Shown: piece by piece, positions 9,472-20,632 of the stretch
How positions within the stretch are numbered: position 1 is the stretch's first letter
Layout: each line of letters starts with the position of its first letter
Origin: an uncultured Candidatus Actinomarina sp.
GTDB taxonomy: Bacteria; Actinomycetota; Acidimicrobiia; Actinomarinales; Actinomarinaceae
Reading direction: 5' to 3'
NCBI GenBank assembly: GCA_902596545.1
Contig: CACJUH010000001.1
Coordinates: 6,858-70,857, forward strand
DNA length: 64,000 nt
Translations under genes and position numbers: made by a program
The notes under the pieces: generated by a model
Database searches by the model: none
Seen by the model: only the letters and a program-made list of their open reading frames with translations
What the model was told of the DNA's origin: nothing

Positions 9472-10757
9472 AAGAAACTCTTCTTTTAACCAAACACATG
9501 CGTGAAAATCCTGAAGATAGCCATTTAATCGATAGTTATGAAAAAAATGGTGGATATGAGACAGCAAGAAGAACTTTAATTAATGGTTCACCTGAAAATG
9601 TACTTGAAGAAATCAAGGCATCAAATATAAGAGGTAGAGGTGGTGCAGGTTTCCCCACTGGAGTTAAGTGGGGCTTTTTAGCTGAGAATGAAGACAGGTA
9701 TTTAGTAATTAATGCTGACGAATCAGAACCCGGCACTTTCAAAGATAGAATTTTACTCGAGAGAGACCCCCACCAACTAATTGAAGGAATAATCATTACC
9801 TGTTTTGCTGCAAACATTAAAAATGCATTTATCTACATTAGGGGAGAATATGCAAAACCTGCAAGAAGAGTTCAGGATGCAGTAGAACAAGCTTATCAAA
9901 AAGGCTATTTAGGAAAAAATATTTTTAACTCTGAAATGAATTTAGATCTAGTTGTTCATTTAGGTGCAGGTGCATATATATGTGGTGAAGAAACTGCATT
10001 ACTTAATTCACTTGAAGGAAGACGAGGCGAGCCAAGGTTAAAACCTCCTTATTTTCCTGCGGTAAAGGGTCTATATATGAAACCTACTTTAGTTAACAAT
10101 GTTGAGACAATTTCATCTGTTCCATGGATTGTGGAAAATACTGGCAAAGAATATAACAAATTAGGCGTTGAAGGATCTACTGGAACAAGAATTTTCAGTC
10201 TCTCAGGTCATGTAAATAACCCTGGGAATTACGAAATTGAAATGGGAAGTTCATTTGGAGAGTTTGTTGAGTCCTTAGGAAATGGAATAAGAAATAATAA
10301 AAAAGTCAAAGCCTATATTCCTGGTGGTGCATCTGCCCCTTGGTTTAGGGGTGATCAACTTGATATCAAAATGACAATTGATGATGTAGCAAATAACAAT
10401 TCTATGCTTGGCTCCGGGGCAGTTGTGATGATGGATGAGGACACAAATCTTGTAAACGCTGCAAAAAGCATTGTTAGTTTCTTTGCTCATGAATCATGTG
10501 GTCAATGTACACCATGCAGAGAGGGAACAACATGGTTAGAAATGATATTAGACAGAGTTGCTTCTGGTAGAGGTCGAGCATCAGATATCGACCTGCTTCT
10601 TGATGTTTGTGATAATATTTCACCCGGTCTCTCTTGGCCTCCAAAAATGACAACTATTTGTCCATTAGGACCCTCAGCTGTATCACCTATAACATCTTTA
10701 ATGAATGATTTCAGAGAAGAAGTTGAAAGTTTAATTCCAACCAAGGTTCTTTTATGA
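9468..10757 (+). CDS. nuoF: NADH-quinone oxidoreductase subunit F
   Basis: RGRGGAGFPTG, NADESEPG, GAGAYICGEETAL, ESCGQCTPCREG. Confidence 0.97.
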   Translation: MKETLLLTKHMRENPEDSHLIDSYEKNGGYETARRTLINGSPENVLEEIKASNIRGRGGAGFPTGVKWGFLAENEDRYLVINADESEPGTFKDRILLERDPHQLIEGIIITCFAANIKNAFIYIRGEYAKPARRVQDAVEQAYQKGYLGKNIFNSEMNLDLVVHLGAGAYICGEETALLNSLEGRRGEPRLKPPYFPAVKGLYMKPTLVNNVETISSVPWIVENTGKEYNKLGVEGSTGTRIFSLSGHVNNPGNYEIEMGSSFGEFVESLGNGIRNNKKVKAYIPGGASAPWFRGDQLDIKMTIDDVANNNSMLGSGAVVMMDEDTNLVNAAKSIVSFFAHESCGQCTPCREGTTWLEMILDRVASGRGRASDIDLLLDVCDNISPGLSWPPKMTTICPLGPSAVSPITSLMNDFREEVESLIPTKVLL

Positions 10758-13066
10758 GTGAAAATATAAAAATAAATGTTAACGGAAATCAAATTGAATC
10801 AACTCCTAACAAATTATTAATTGAAGCTTGTGAAGACTCAGGTATTCATATACCAAGATTTTGCTGGCATAAAAGACTAGACCCTGTTGGAATGTGCAGG
10901 ATGTGTCTAGTAGAAATAGAAACTCCTAGAGGAAAAATGTTAGTTCCATCATGTACAACTGAAGTAACAGATGAAATGGTTGTAGATACCGAGTCTGAAG
11001 TAGTAAAAAAAGCTCAAGAAGGAGTTTTAGAATTTTTACTAATCAATCATCCGCTTGATTGTCCTATATGTGATAAAGCTGGTGAGTGTCCTTTACAAGA
11101 TCAGACTATGGCTTATGGACCTGGAGAAAGCAGATTTGTCGAAGAAAAAAGACACTTTGAAAAACCAATTTCTATTTCTGAAATTATTCTTTTAGACAGA
11201 GAAAGATGTATTCTATGTGCTCGATGTACAAGGTTTTCTGATGAAATTTCAGGAGATCCATTAATTGAATTTATTCAAAGAGGCAATAAAACAGAAGTTA
11301 ATACTTTTCCTAATGAACCTTTTAAGTCTTACTTCTCTGGCAACACAGTACAAATCTGTCCAGTAGGTGCATTAACGTCAACTTCATACAGGTTTAAAGC
11401 AAGACCCTGGGATCTAAAATCAGTTAGATCAACATGTAATGGCTGTCCAGTAGGTTGTTCAACAGAATTAAACTCATCTCAAAACAAAATGCTCAGAATT
11501 CTTGGAGTTGATAACGATAGTGTAAATCAAGGTTGGCTTTGTGATAAAGGTAGGTACAATTTTGAATACTTAAATTCAGAATTTAGGTTAAAAAATCCAT
11601 TAAAAAAAATAGACAATGAACTTAAGGAAACGTCAGTCAAGGAAATCTACACAGAATTAAGTGAATTAATTAGCGATAGAAATACAAATATAAATTTTTT
11701 AATAGGCACTAATAGTACCAATGAAGATTATGTTGCTTTTAATGAGTTTGCTAAAAACTTTCCTACAACAAATCAAACCTTCTATTTAAATGATGACTAT
11801 CTATATGCTGGATTTTTTGAACAAGATATAAACAGAGCAACAATCGATGATTTAAATAACTCTGAAGCAATTGTAATTTGGGCTGAAGATTTAAAAGAAA
11901 ATCTCCCAGTGCTTTATTTACGAGTGAGACAAGCTGTAAAAAATGGAGTGAAACTTATAGTTTTTGGCCATTCAAACTCAACTTTAGAAGACATAGCTGA
12001 TTTTTATTATTCCGAAGATATTGTCTCTGAAAATTTTGAAATAATAAAAGATATATCCAAATTAAAAGGTATAAAAGAGCACGTTAAAGATAAGAATGTG
12101 ACAGCGATAATAGGAAAATCTACCCCTTATCAACTAGATGAGTATTTAGATAAATTAGTATCGTATTTAGTCGAAAATTCTAACTCAAAAATAATGAATG
12201 CATTTTCTAGCGGTAATACTTTTGGTGCAATTAATAATTTAGATAATGTAAAAAATCTGAGAGATTTTACAAAAAATGTAAGTTCTGAAAATACTGATTT
12301 ACTATTTATTGTTGGATCTGACCCAATAGGTAGATCTGTTTTCTCAAATGAAATTCATAGAATTATTGAAGATATAGATAATGTCGTATGTTTAGATTTA
12401 TTTTTACATGAAACCTCTGAATTATGCAATTACATCATTCCTACAAGTTCAACATTAGGAGAGAAAGAAGGAACCTTTACTAATATCGAATTTAGAACTT
12501 CAAGAATTGATAAACTTGTACCTTCACCTGGCCAAAGTCTGAGTGATTGGGAATTTATTTCTGGGCTTTCTAACTTTTGTAATTTCATTAATAATATTGA
12601 TAGCCTAGATGGCTTAAACGAGTTAGCTTATCAAGATTTTGATAATCAAGACAGTCCATCATTTAAAAATTTAGATAAACCAAGTAATTTTGATGGGATT
12701 ATTAATGATTACCAGCCCAATGTATCAACTATGCCCAACGAAACTATTACTTCACAATATTTTGTTGGAAAAAAACTCTACGGTGACAATATAACTATTC
12801 GTTACTCAGACAGCATATCACTCCTCGGCGCAAAACAATTTATCGAAGCAAGTGAATCAACAATTGAAAAACTTAATTTATCATCTGGTGAATGCACATT
12901 AAAACAAAATGGTCACCAAGTCTCAGCAAATTATGTTGTTAATAACAAACTTGCAGATGGAGTAATATTCATTCCGCAAAATAGAAGAAATTTTAACAGA
13001 TTTGATTTTTCAGAAACTATTGAAATATCACCAAATCAATCCAAAGAAGCTTTAAATGTCAATTGA
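10754..13066 (+). CDS. nuoG: NADH-quinone oxidoreductase subunit G
   Basis: IPRFC...CRMCLVE, NHPLDCPICDKAGEC, RCILCARC, CNGCPVGC. Confidence 0.95.
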   Translation: MSENIKINVNGNQIESTPNKLLIEACEDSGIHIPRFCWHKRLDPVGMCRMCLVEIETPRGKMLVPSCTTEVTDEMVVDTESEVVKKAQEGVLEFLLINHPLDCPICDKAGECPLQDQTMAYGPGESRFVEEKRHFEKPISISEIILLDRERCILCARCTRFSDEISGDPLIEFIQRGNKTEVNTFPNEPFKSYFSGNTVQICPVGALTSTSYRFKARPWDLKSVRSTCNGCPVGCSTELNSSQNKMLRILGVDNDSVNQGWLCDKGRYNFEYLNSEFRLKNPLKKIDNELKETSVKEIYTELSELISDRNTNINFLIGTNSTNEDYVAFNEFAKNFPTTNQTFYLNDDYLYAGFFEQDINRATIDDLNNSEAIVIWAEDLKENLPVLYLRVRQAVKNGVKLIVFGHSNSTLEDIADFYYSEDIVSENFEIIKDISKLKGIKEHVKDKNVTAIIGKSTPYQLDEYLDKLVSYLVENSNSKIMNAFSSGNTFGAINNLDNVKNLRDFTKNVSSENTDLLFIVGSDPIGRSVFSNEIHRIIEDIDNVVCLDLFLHETSELCNYIIPTSSTLGEKEGTFTNIEFRTSRIDKLVPSPGQSLSDWEFISGLSNFCNFINNIDSLDGLNELAYQDFDNQDSPSFKNLDKPSNFDGIINDYQPNVSTMPNETITSQYFVGKKLYGDNITIRYSDSISLLGAKQFIEASESTIEKLNLSSGECTLKQNGHQVSANYVVNNKLADGVIFIPQNRRNFNRFDFSETIEISPNQSKEALNVN

Positions 13067-14153
13067 GTTAATAATTTCACTGGTAAAAGCAAACATAGTT
13101 TTGGCAGTCTTATTAACCAACACAATATTATTAATTTGGTTTGAAAGAAAAGTAGTTGCAGGAATGCAATCTAGAGTTGGACCTGATAGAGCTGGTCCAT
13201 TTGGAATACTTCAAACTTTAGCTGATGCTATTAAGTTACTATTAAAAGAACAAATTCTCCCTTCAAAAGCTGACAGAGCAATGTACCTTCTTGCACCATT
13301 AATTGCACTTGTTCCATCTTTTTTAATCTTTATGATTATTCCTTTAGGGCCTGATATCACGGTTGAATGGCAAAATGCACTATATACCATTCCATTAGTT
13401 GGTGCAGATTTAAACGTAGGAGTCTTGTACTTCTTAGCACTTTCCTCAATTGCTGTATATAGCGTTGTTTTGGCTGGATGGTCTTCAGGATCAAAATATC
13501 CTTTATTAGGAGGAGTAAGAGCTTCCGCACAAATGATTTCTTATGAAGCTGCGATGGGCTTAGCATTAGTCCCTGTTATTTTGTATTCAGGATCACTTTC
13601 CTTGGTTGATATTGTAAATAGCCAATCAGGAAATTTATCTAGTTCAATTCCAATTCTTAATACAATCGTTTCATTTATTCCTAAATGGAATATTTTTCCT
13701 CAATTTGTTGCATTTGGAATATTTTTTATAGCTGCAGTAGCTGAAGTTAATCGGGCACCTTTTGACTTAGTTGAAGCTGAACAGGAACTAGTTGGAGGTT
13801 TTCATACTGAATATTCAGGTTTTAGATTCGCTATGTTCTTTTTGGCAGAGTATATAAATATGTTCAACATGTGTGCGATTACAGCAACTTTCTTTTTAGG
13901 TGGATGGCTAGGCCCTACATTTGAAGGAATATTACCTCCAATTTTCTCAGTTATAATGCCAATAATCTGGCTAGGTGTAAAAACTTTTCTACTTTTATTT
14001 GTTTTTGTCTGGATAAGAGCAACACTCCCTAGATTAAGATACGACCAGTTAATGGAACTAGGATGGAAAAGAATGATTCCACTATCTTTAGTTTGGCTAA
14101 TACTTTCAGCAATAGTTTTAGGCTTAAGAGAATTTGGATTACCTTGGAGTTAA
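13056..14153 (+). CDS. nuoH: NADH-quinone oxidoreductase subunit H (cluster 1)
   Basis: ERKVVAGMQSRVGP, AQMISYE, RAPFDLVEAEQEL, PRLRYDQLM. Confidence 0.96.
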   Translation: MSIELIISLVKANIVLAVLLTNTILLIWFERKVVAGMQSRVGPDRAGPFGILQTLADAIKLLLKEQILPSKADRAMYLLAPLIALVPSFLIFMIIPLGPDITVEWQNALYTIPLVGADLNVGVLYFLALSSIAVYSVVLAGWSSGSKYPLLGGVRASAQMISYEAAMGLALVPVILYSGSLSLVDIVNSQSGNLSSSIPILNTIVSFIPKWNIFPQFVAFGIFFIAAVAEVNRAPFDLVEAEQELVGGFHTEYSGFRFAMFFLAEYINMFNMCAITATFFLGGWLGPTFEGILPPIFSVIMPIIWLGVKTFLLLFVFVWIRATLPRLRYDQLMELGWKRMIPLSLVWLILSAIVLGLREFGLPWS

Positions 14154-14156
14154 ATT

Positions 14157-14771
14157 ATGAGTGAAAGTTTCGGATTATTTAAGGGATTAAAAGTAACTTT
14201 TAAAGAATTGTTCAGAAAATCTGTAACTGATAAGTATCCTAAAGAATTTAGAGAAAAGCCACAGAGATTTCATGGCCGTCATGTATTAAATAGATATGAA
14301 GATGGAATGGAAAAATGTATTGGTTGTGAATTGTGTGCAGGAGTATGTCCAGCTCAATGTATTTATGTCAGAGGTGAAGATAATCCTGAAGACGAACCTG
14401 TAAGCCCAGGTGAGAGATACGGATTTATTTACGAAATAAATATGCTCAGATGCATTTACTGCGCGCTTTGTGTTGAAGCTTGCCCAACAGAGGCAATAAC
14501 AATGACGTCATTATTTGAAATGAGTGTGGCTAATAGGTCAGAAGCAATTTTTGATAAATCTGTTTTAGTTGTGAATGATGATGGAACTCCAAATACTCAC
14601 GAAGAACAAACAAAACTTACAAGATTTGAAGAACTGCAAACTTCTGATGGATGGATGAGAGCAACGTCTTCAAATGGTAATCCAAATTTTCAAAATGTTG
14701 TTAACTGGTCTGGCTCATTGGGTGTAGGAAAAAAAGATCCTGAAAAAGGCCAATCCTTAGAGGAAGAGTAG
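14157..14771 (+). CDS. nuoI: NADH-quinone oxidoreductase subunit I (cluster 1)
   Basis: Two CxxCxxCxxxCP motifs, RFHGRH. Confidence 0.96.
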   Translation: MSESFGLFKGLKVTFKELFRKSVTDKYPKEFREKPQRFHGRHVLNRYEDGMEKCIGCELCAGVCPAQCIYVRGEDNPEDEPVSPGERYGFIYEINMLRCIYCALCVEACPTEAITMTSLFEMSVANRSEAIFDKSVLVVNDDGTPNTHEEQTKLTRFEELQTSDGWMRATSSNGNPNFQNVVNWSGSLGVGKKDPEKGQSLEEE

Positions 14772-14772
14772 C

Positions 14773-15300
14773 TTGGTTGATTTAATCTTATTCTTTATTC
14801 CTTCTGCATTAATAATTATTGGCGCATTAATAGTAGTCTTTGCGAAAAATCCTGTGCACAATGCAATGGGTCTTGTTATGACACTAGTTTCAATTGCAAT
14901 TATTTATATAACGCTCAATGCTACATTTGTCGCCATGGTACAAATGCTCGTGTATGCAGGTGCAGTAATGACTTTATTTTTATTCGTAATCATGATGATA
15001 GGAGTTGATAAAAAAGAACAAAGTTCAGAATCTATTAAAGGACAGACTTTTTTAGTTAGCGGAGTTTTCTTGATTCTCATTTCAATACTGGGCTATGTTG
15101 CTATTAGTTCTGAATTCAAATGGGACTTGTGGTTTGAAGCTGTTGAATTTGCAGTAGAGGGCACCCCTCAACTAATTGCGGGTACTTTGTTTACCGCTTG
15201 GATTTTCCCATTCGAAATAATTTCAATTCTACTAATCGTTGCAACCGCAGCAGCTATTGCTCTTGCGTACGATTCTAAAAGAAAGAAAAACGATGTTTGA
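14773..15300 (+). CDS. nuoJ: NADH-quinone oxidoreductase subunit J (cluster 1)
   Basis: [29 protein letters not shown]. Confidence 0.94.
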   Translation: MVDLILFFIPSALIIIGALIVVFAKNPVHNAMGLVMTLVSIAIIYITLNATFVAMVQMLVYAGAVMTLFLFVIMMIGVDKKEQSSESIKGQTFLVSGVFLILISILGYVAISSEFKWDLWFEAVEFAVEGTPQLIAGTLFTAWIFPFEIISILLIVATAAAIALAYDSKRKKNDV

Positions 15301-15601
15301 AGTAACAACTGATTGGTATCTGACACTTTCTGCAATTCTGTTTTCAATTGGTTTTTTTGGAATGATGATAAGAAAGAATGCTTTGATAATGTTTATGTGT
15401 ATTGAGTTAATGTTGAATGCTGTTAACTTAACTTTCATATCAGCATCTAAGCATTTTGGTCAAATAGATGGCCAGATTGCTGTTTTTTTTGTTCTAGTAG
15501 TTGCAGCAGCTGAAGTAGTTGTAGGATTAGCAATTATTGTTTCAATTTTTAGAAAGCAATCATCTGCATCTGTAGATGTTTTAAATGTGTCTAGAGGTTA
15601 A
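15293..15601 (+). CDS. nuoK: NADH-quinone oxidoreductase subunit K (cluster 1)
   Basis: [19 protein letters not shown]; start set at MFEVTT overlapping the nuoJ end. Confidence 0.94.
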   Translation: MFEVTTDWYLTLSAILFSIGFFGMMIRKNALIMFMCIELMLNAVNLTFISASKHFGQIDGQIAVFFVLVVAAAEVVVGLAIIVSIFRKQSSASVDVLNVSRG

Positions 15602-15602
15602 T

Positions 15603-17504
15603 TTGGAATTACTGTTCTTACTTCCAATTTTCCTTCCTTTGTTAACAGCTATATTTTTATTTTTTAACAAAAATTTATTTAATGAACTTATTACCAATTT
15701 TTTTACTTTAAATAGCGCTCTATTGTCTTTTGCCATATCGTTTTATGTATTCGTTATGCTGGCACTTGATAAATTTCAACCAATTAATTACAGCATTTTT
15801 CAATGGACCAATACTCCTGACATAAAAATAGGCTTCACTCTCGATGGTCTTTCAGGAATAATGCTTTTATTAGTGACAGGCTTGTCTTTCATTATTCAAC
15901 TTTTTTCAACTTCTTATATGGAGACAGATGAAAAGCATAACAATTATTTTGTTTATTTTAATTTTTTTGTATTTTCAATGCTTTTGTTAGTAATGTCTTC
16001 AAATTTCTTAGTTATGTTTTTTGGATGGGAACTAGTAGGGCTTAGTTCATATTTATTAATATCATTTTGGTCAAAAAAACCGGCAGCAGCAAAAGCTGGA
16101 AACAAGGCATTTATATTAAACAGAGTTGGAGATTTTGGTTTCCTAATTGGATTAATGATTATATTAAATACTTTTAATACATTTGATTTTTACACTGTTT
16201 TGAAGAGTGCATCAGACGTTCCAGAAAATACGATTACTTTAATAACATTATTTTTGCTTCTTGGAGCATTTGGTAAATCTGCTCAGTTCCCACTTTTTAG
16301 TTGGCTACCAGATGCAATGGAAGGACCTACTCCTGCAAGTGCATTAATCCATGCTGCGACTATGGTCACAGCAGGGGTGTTCATGCTTGTTAGAATTTCA
16401 CCTATCCTTCAGCATTCAAAAATTGCCGGAATGGTGATAATTTCATTTGGTCTTCTAACCGCTTTACTTGCTGCCTTTTCAGCAATAAACCAGTATGATA
16501 TTAAAAAAGTATTAGCCTATTCAACCATTTCTCAATTAGGATTTATGTTCATTGCAATTGGTGCTGGGGCATATGTAGCAGCTATCTTTCATCTTGTAAC
16601 GCATGCTTTTTTTAAAGCTTTATTATTTTTAGGTGCAGGTGCAGTTATTCACTCTATGCATCACGAACAAGACATTAGAAAGATGGGCGCATTAAGAAAA
16701 CAAATGCCTGTTACTGCTTCAATGATGGGAATTGGAACTCTAGCAATATCCGGCATTCCTCCACTGGCTGGTTTTTGGTCAAAAGATGAAATTCTAGCTT
16801 CAGTGTTTGCAAATGGTGGAATCTATTACATATTTTGGGCACTTGGGTTGGGTGCAGCTTTTTTAACAGCGTTTTATATGGGAAGACACTGGTTATTAAT
16901 TTTTGAAAAAGACAATGGTTTTGATCACTCTAATGTAAATGAGGCCCCAAAAACTATGACAAGGCCTTTGATTATTCTTGGATTGTTTTCAATTTTTATG
17001 GGATTTATTAACACACCTTTTTTCCACGGAGTTGAAAAAGTTCTTCATTATTCTCTTGAGGGAGTTGAAATAACTCATCTACCAGAGGGTATTACATTAA
17101 TTGTGCTTGCAGTTTTATCAATTGGTGCTGGTTTTACAGGATTATTAATAGCATATTTAATATTTTCATTTGAAATTTTTAAAAGATTCAACTTTAAGAG
17201 AATTAATTTAGATTATCCGATCAATTTAGTAAAAGACTTGTCATTTAATGTGCTCTACCTAAATAAATTCGGTAATTCAATTTTTGTTACAGGAATGAAA
17301 AACTTTACTAGAAAGGTTGCAGTAATTGTTGATGGATTAATTATTGATGGTTCTGTTAATTTTGTTTCAACTGCATTTGGTAAAACTTCAAGAGTTGCAT
17401 CCGCTACCCAGACCGGTCTAGTAAGAAGCTATGTAGTGTATTTTGGATTATTTCTACTTCTCCTAATTGGTTTATTTATTATTACTCCGATGGTGCCACA
17501 ATGA
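15603..17504 (+). CDS. nuoL: NADH-quinone oxidoreductase subunit L (cluster 1)
   Basis: GWELVG, GKSAQFPL..WLPDAMEGPTP.SALIHAATMV, HAFFKALLFL; start probably TTG 15603 after GAGG (ORF track gives 15585). Confidence 0.95.
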   Translation: MELLFLLPIFLPLLTAIFLFFNKNLFNELITNFFTLNSALLSFAISFYVFVMLALDKFQPINYSIFQWTNTPDIKIGFTLDGLSGIMLLLVTGLSFIIQLFSTSYMETDEKHNNYFVYFNFFVFSMLLLVMSSNFLVMFFGWELVGLSSYLLISFWSKKPAAAKAGNKAFILNRVGDFGFLIGLMIILNTFNTFDFYTVLKSASDVPENTITLITLFLLLGAFGKSAQFPLFSWLPDAMEGPTPASALIHAATMVTAGVFMLVRISPILQHSKIAGMVIISFGLLTALLAAFSAINQYDIKKVLAYSTISQLGFMFIAIGAGAYVAAIFHLVTHAFFKALLFLGAGAVIHSMHHEQDIRKMGALRKQMPVTASMMGIGTLAISGIPPLAGFWSKDEILASVFANGGIYYIFWALGLGAAFLTAFYMGRHWLLIFEKDNGFDHSNVNEAPKTMTRPLIILGLFSIFMGFINTPFFHGVEKVLHYSLEGVEITHLPEGITLIVLAVLSIGAGFTGLLIAYLIFSFEIFKRFNFKRINLDYPINLVKDLSFNVLYLNKFGNSIFVTGMKNFTRKVAVIVDGLIIDGSVNFVSTAFGKTSRVASATQTGLVRSYVVYFGLFLLLLIGLFIITPMVPQ

Positions 17505-18988
17505 CCGGAATAATAATTTCCCTTCTAATCGTTCCACTTTTTAGTGCACTTTTAGTTTTTATGATTCCCAATTCTAGAAAAGAAATTTTTAGACCAATTG
17601 GTATAGTATTTTCCCTTATAACTCTTACACAATGTTTTTATTTATTATTCAGCGACTATGGAAAAACAAAATTTGTAATTCTTTCTAATTACAAATGGAT
17701 CCAATCTTACGGGCTTGAAATCAGCTTAGGAATTTCTGGTATGTCAACATTACTATTATTACTAACTTCACTTTTAGTATGTGTTTCCTTATTATCAATT
17801 GGAAATGAACATGCAGAAAGCAAGGGTTTTATCGGGTCATTACTTGCATTACATTTTGCAATTAATGGTGTTTTTATCAGTGGCGATTTAATTTCTCTAT
17901 TCATATTCTTTGAAGCGTTATTAATACCAATGTATTTCTTAATGGGAATATGGGGAGGAGAAAATAGAAGATATGCAACAATAAAATTTATTCTTTATAC
18001 AGTTTTTGGTTCAGTTTTTATTTTCATCGGTACAGTATATGCAGCTGTAATAAGCTATGGCGCTAATGGCGCACTAGCTGTTGATTTTGATTCACTTGCA
18101 AGCTTAGCTCTTACCTCTTCACAATCTAAAACTTTGTTTTTGCTATTTACTTTCGGCTTTTTAATTAAAGTTCCAATATTTCCTCTTCACACTTGGTTAC
18201 CAGATGCACACGTTGAAGCCCCAACAGCTGGAAGTATTTTATTAGCAGGTGTTTTATTAAAAGTAGGCGCCTACGGAATTTTAAGAGTATCAATACCATT
18301 TTTTACTGAGGGATTTTTAGCGTATAAAAATTTTGTTGCTGTTCTATCAGTGATTGGAATTATTTATGGTGCAATAGTTGCAATTGCACAAATAGACATT
18401 AAAAAGTTAATTGCATATTCATCCGTAAGCCATATGGGGTATGTTATGTTGGGTATTTCAGCTGGAGGTTATTTAAGTATTGAGGGTGCAATTATTCAAA
18501 TGATAAATCATGGTATAACAGCTGGTGCACTATTTATGCTTGTAGGATTTCTTTATGAAAGAAGACACACCCGAAATATTAGTTCATTTGGCGGAATTAA
18601 AATTACAATGCCACGATACGCGGCAATATTTTTGTTCACCTCTTTTGCCTCGATAGGACTTCCAGGACTAAATGGTTTTGTTGGTGAATTTATGATATTA
18701 ATGGGAAGCTTTAATAGTTATAAATTCTTAACATCAATTGCAGCATTTGGTGTAGTGTTAGCTGCAATCTACATGCTATGGGCTTATCAAAGAATTTTTA
18801 CAGGTCCGATTTCTAATGAAAAAAATGAAAGCTTGAAAGATTTAGATATAAGAGAAACTCTATCAATTGTTCCTCTTGTTTTACTCATGTTATTTATTGG
18901 AATTTACCCAAGCTATATTGAAAGTTTTGTTATTCAGGAAGCAGGGTTCATAAGTGAAACAATTGCTTTATTTAAGGATATAAAATGA
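17501..18988 (+). CDS. nuoM: NADH-quinone oxidoreductase subunit M (cluster 1)
   Basis: FFEALLIPMY, PLHTWLPDAHVEAPT, AYSSVSHMG, GLPGLNGFVGE. Confidence 0.96.
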   Translation: MTGIIISLLIVPLFSALLVFMIPNSRKEIFRPIGIVFSLITLTQCFYLLFSDYGKTKFVILSNYKWIQSYGLEISLGISGMSTLLLLLTSLLVCVSLLSIGNEHAESKGFIGSLLALHFAINGVFISGDLISLFIFFEALLIPMYFLMGIWGGENRRYATIKFILYTVFGSVFIFIGTVYAAVISYGANGALAVDFDSLASLALTSSQSKTLFLLFTFGFLIKVPIFPLHTWLPDAHVEAPTAGSILLAGVLLKVGAYGILRVSIPFFTEGFLAYKNFVAVLSVIGIIYGAIVAIAQIDIKKLIAYSSVSHMGYVMLGISAGGYLSIEGAIIQMINHGITAGALFMLVGFLYERRHTRNISSFGGIKITMPRYAAIFLFTSFASIGLPGLNGFVGEFMILMGSFNSYKFLTSIAAFGVVLAAIYMLWAYQRIFTGPISNEKNESLKDLDIRETLSIVPLVLLMLFIGIYPSYIESFVIQEAGFISETIALFKDIK

Positions 18989-20457
18989 ACGGTATTTCTG
19001 AAATCTTAGGTATTAATTTTGTGGTGATTGGTCCAACCCTTGCACTGCTATTTACAACTCTAGTGTTGCTTTTTTGCACAATTACAATCTCAACGCCCGT
19101 TTATGTTAAAAAATATATTTCATTTGTTGGAATTCTTATTACATTATTTACAATTTTTCTTAAATTTGGACTTTTTGCAAGAGATGGTATAACGTCTTAT
19201 TTTTCAGAGAAGATACTTCTTGATGAGTTCTCTTTAGTCGGAAATGTTCTTATTGGATTAGTTTTACTGTTAACATTTAATTCCTTTTGGAAAACTTCAG
19301 AAGTAATTGATAACAAAACTACAGAAGCTTTGATTTTAATTTTGATGTCTGCATCTGGATTTCTACTTATGGTTGATGCAGAAAACTTCATAATGTTATT
19401 TATTGGTTTAGAAATTGGATCAATAAGTCTGTATGCATTGGCTGGATTAAATCGAGGTGATCAACTCAGTAACGAGGCATCTTTAAAGTATTTTCTTTTA
19501 GGATCGTTAGCTTCTTGTATTTTAATTTATGGTGTTGCACTTTTATACGTCTCTTTATCAATAAGTGGAGTATACGAAACGAGCATCGCAATCAGTTTTA
19601 TTGGTCCTGACAATGTTCCGCTAACAAGTTTGATTGGTTTGATAATGATACTAGTTGGACTTTTGTTTAAGGTTGCGGCTGCACCATTTCAAGCATGGGC
19701 ACCTGATGTCTACCAAGGTTCTCCAACGGGATATGTTGGATATATGGCTGCTGTTGCAAAAGCTTCTTCATTTATAGTTTTAGCAAGGCTTTCCGCTATT
19801 TCATTAAGATTCATCCTTGATAAATTTGATTTATTTTTTACAGCAATTGTAATTTTGTCAGTTTTAGCTGGTGCATTATTTGCTACAAATCAAACTGATA
19901 TCAAAAGGCTGATTGCATATAGTGGAGTCATACAGTCTGGATTTATACTTTCGGGGATCTCTTTTGGTGTCTATGGCATAAGCGCATCTATATTTTATTT
20001 GATCACGTACATCATACAATTAATTGGAGTTTTTACAGTATTTTCAATTATAAGTGGACAATTGAGTTCAGATTTTAAAATCTCAAATTTGTCAGGCTTG
20101 TTTAAAGAAAATAAATTTTTAACCGTTACGTTTTCTATATTCATGCTTGGCATTGCAGGACTCCCTCTAACTAGTGGATTCGTCTCAAAATTTATTTTGA
20201 TTACAAATTTATGGTCATATGAAAAATATTTAATCGTGACTGTATTAATGCTTACAACAGTCGCTGGGTTCTATTTTTACTTAAGACCAATTTGGGTAGC
20301 TGCAATTGAAAAAACTGATAATTCAATTGGAAAGATAAAAATTAGTATTTCTGATAAAGTTTTACTTGGATTTATGGCTGCTTTGACAATTTATTTTGGA
20401 CTTTTACCAAATACTCTTGTAAACATCACTAGATGGATGGTAGAAAACTACCTTTAG
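18985..20457 (+). CDS. nuoN: NADH-quinone oxidoreductase subunit N (cluster 1)
   Basis: EASLKYFLLG, FKVAAAPFQAWAPDVYQGSPT, AGLPLTSGF. Confidence 0.95.
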   Translation: MNGISEILGINFVVIGPTLALLFTTLVLLFCTITISTPVYVKKYISFVGILITLFTIFLKFGLFARDGITSYFSEKILLDEFSLVGNVLIGLVLLLTFNSFWKTSEVIDNKTTEALILILMSASGFLLMVDAENFIMLFIGLEIGSISLYALAGLNRGDQLSNEASLKYFLLGSLASCILIYGVALLYVSLSISGVYETSIAISFIGPDNVPLTSLIGLIMILVGLLFKVAAAPFQAWAPDVYQGSPTGYVGYMAAVAKASSFIVLARLSAISLRFILDKFDLFFTAIVILSVLAGALFATNQTDIKRLIAYSGVIQSGFILSGISFGVYGISASIFYLITYIIQLIGVFTVFSIISGQLSSDFKISNLSGLFKENKFLTVTFSIFMLGIAGLPLTSGFVSKFILITNLWSYEKYLIVTVLMLTTVAGFYFYLRPIWVAAIEKTDNSIGKIKISISDKVLLGFMAALTIYFGLLPNTLVNITRWMVENYL

Positions 20458-20460
20458 AAA

Positions 20461-20595
20461 ATGCTTATAAAGATAACACCTCCGCCAGTCTTTCAACACC
20501 AAGGTGGATGGGATGAGATGCTGATGTTTTTAATACCAGCCCTTTTATTGACTTGGTTAAGAAACAAACAAAAAAATGAAAATTCAGAGGAATAG
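20461..20595 (+). CDS. Small single-TM protein (44 aa) not in the ORF track
   Basis: MLIKITPPPVFQHQGGWDEMLMFLIPALLLTWLRNKQKNENSEE*; starts 3 nt after the nuoN stop and fills the gap. Confidence 0.65.
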   Translation: MLIKITPPPVFQHQGGWDEMLMFLIPALLLTWLRNKQKNENSEE

Positions 20596-20632
20596 TTTAT
20601 TCTTTTTTTAACTTTTGTTTTAAAATAAATTT

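Noticed and set aside
11600-13066. AT-rich, divergent C-terminal half of NuoG as a possible pseudogene or foreign insert
   Set aside because: The frame is intact and this non-catalytic region is normally poorly conserved.
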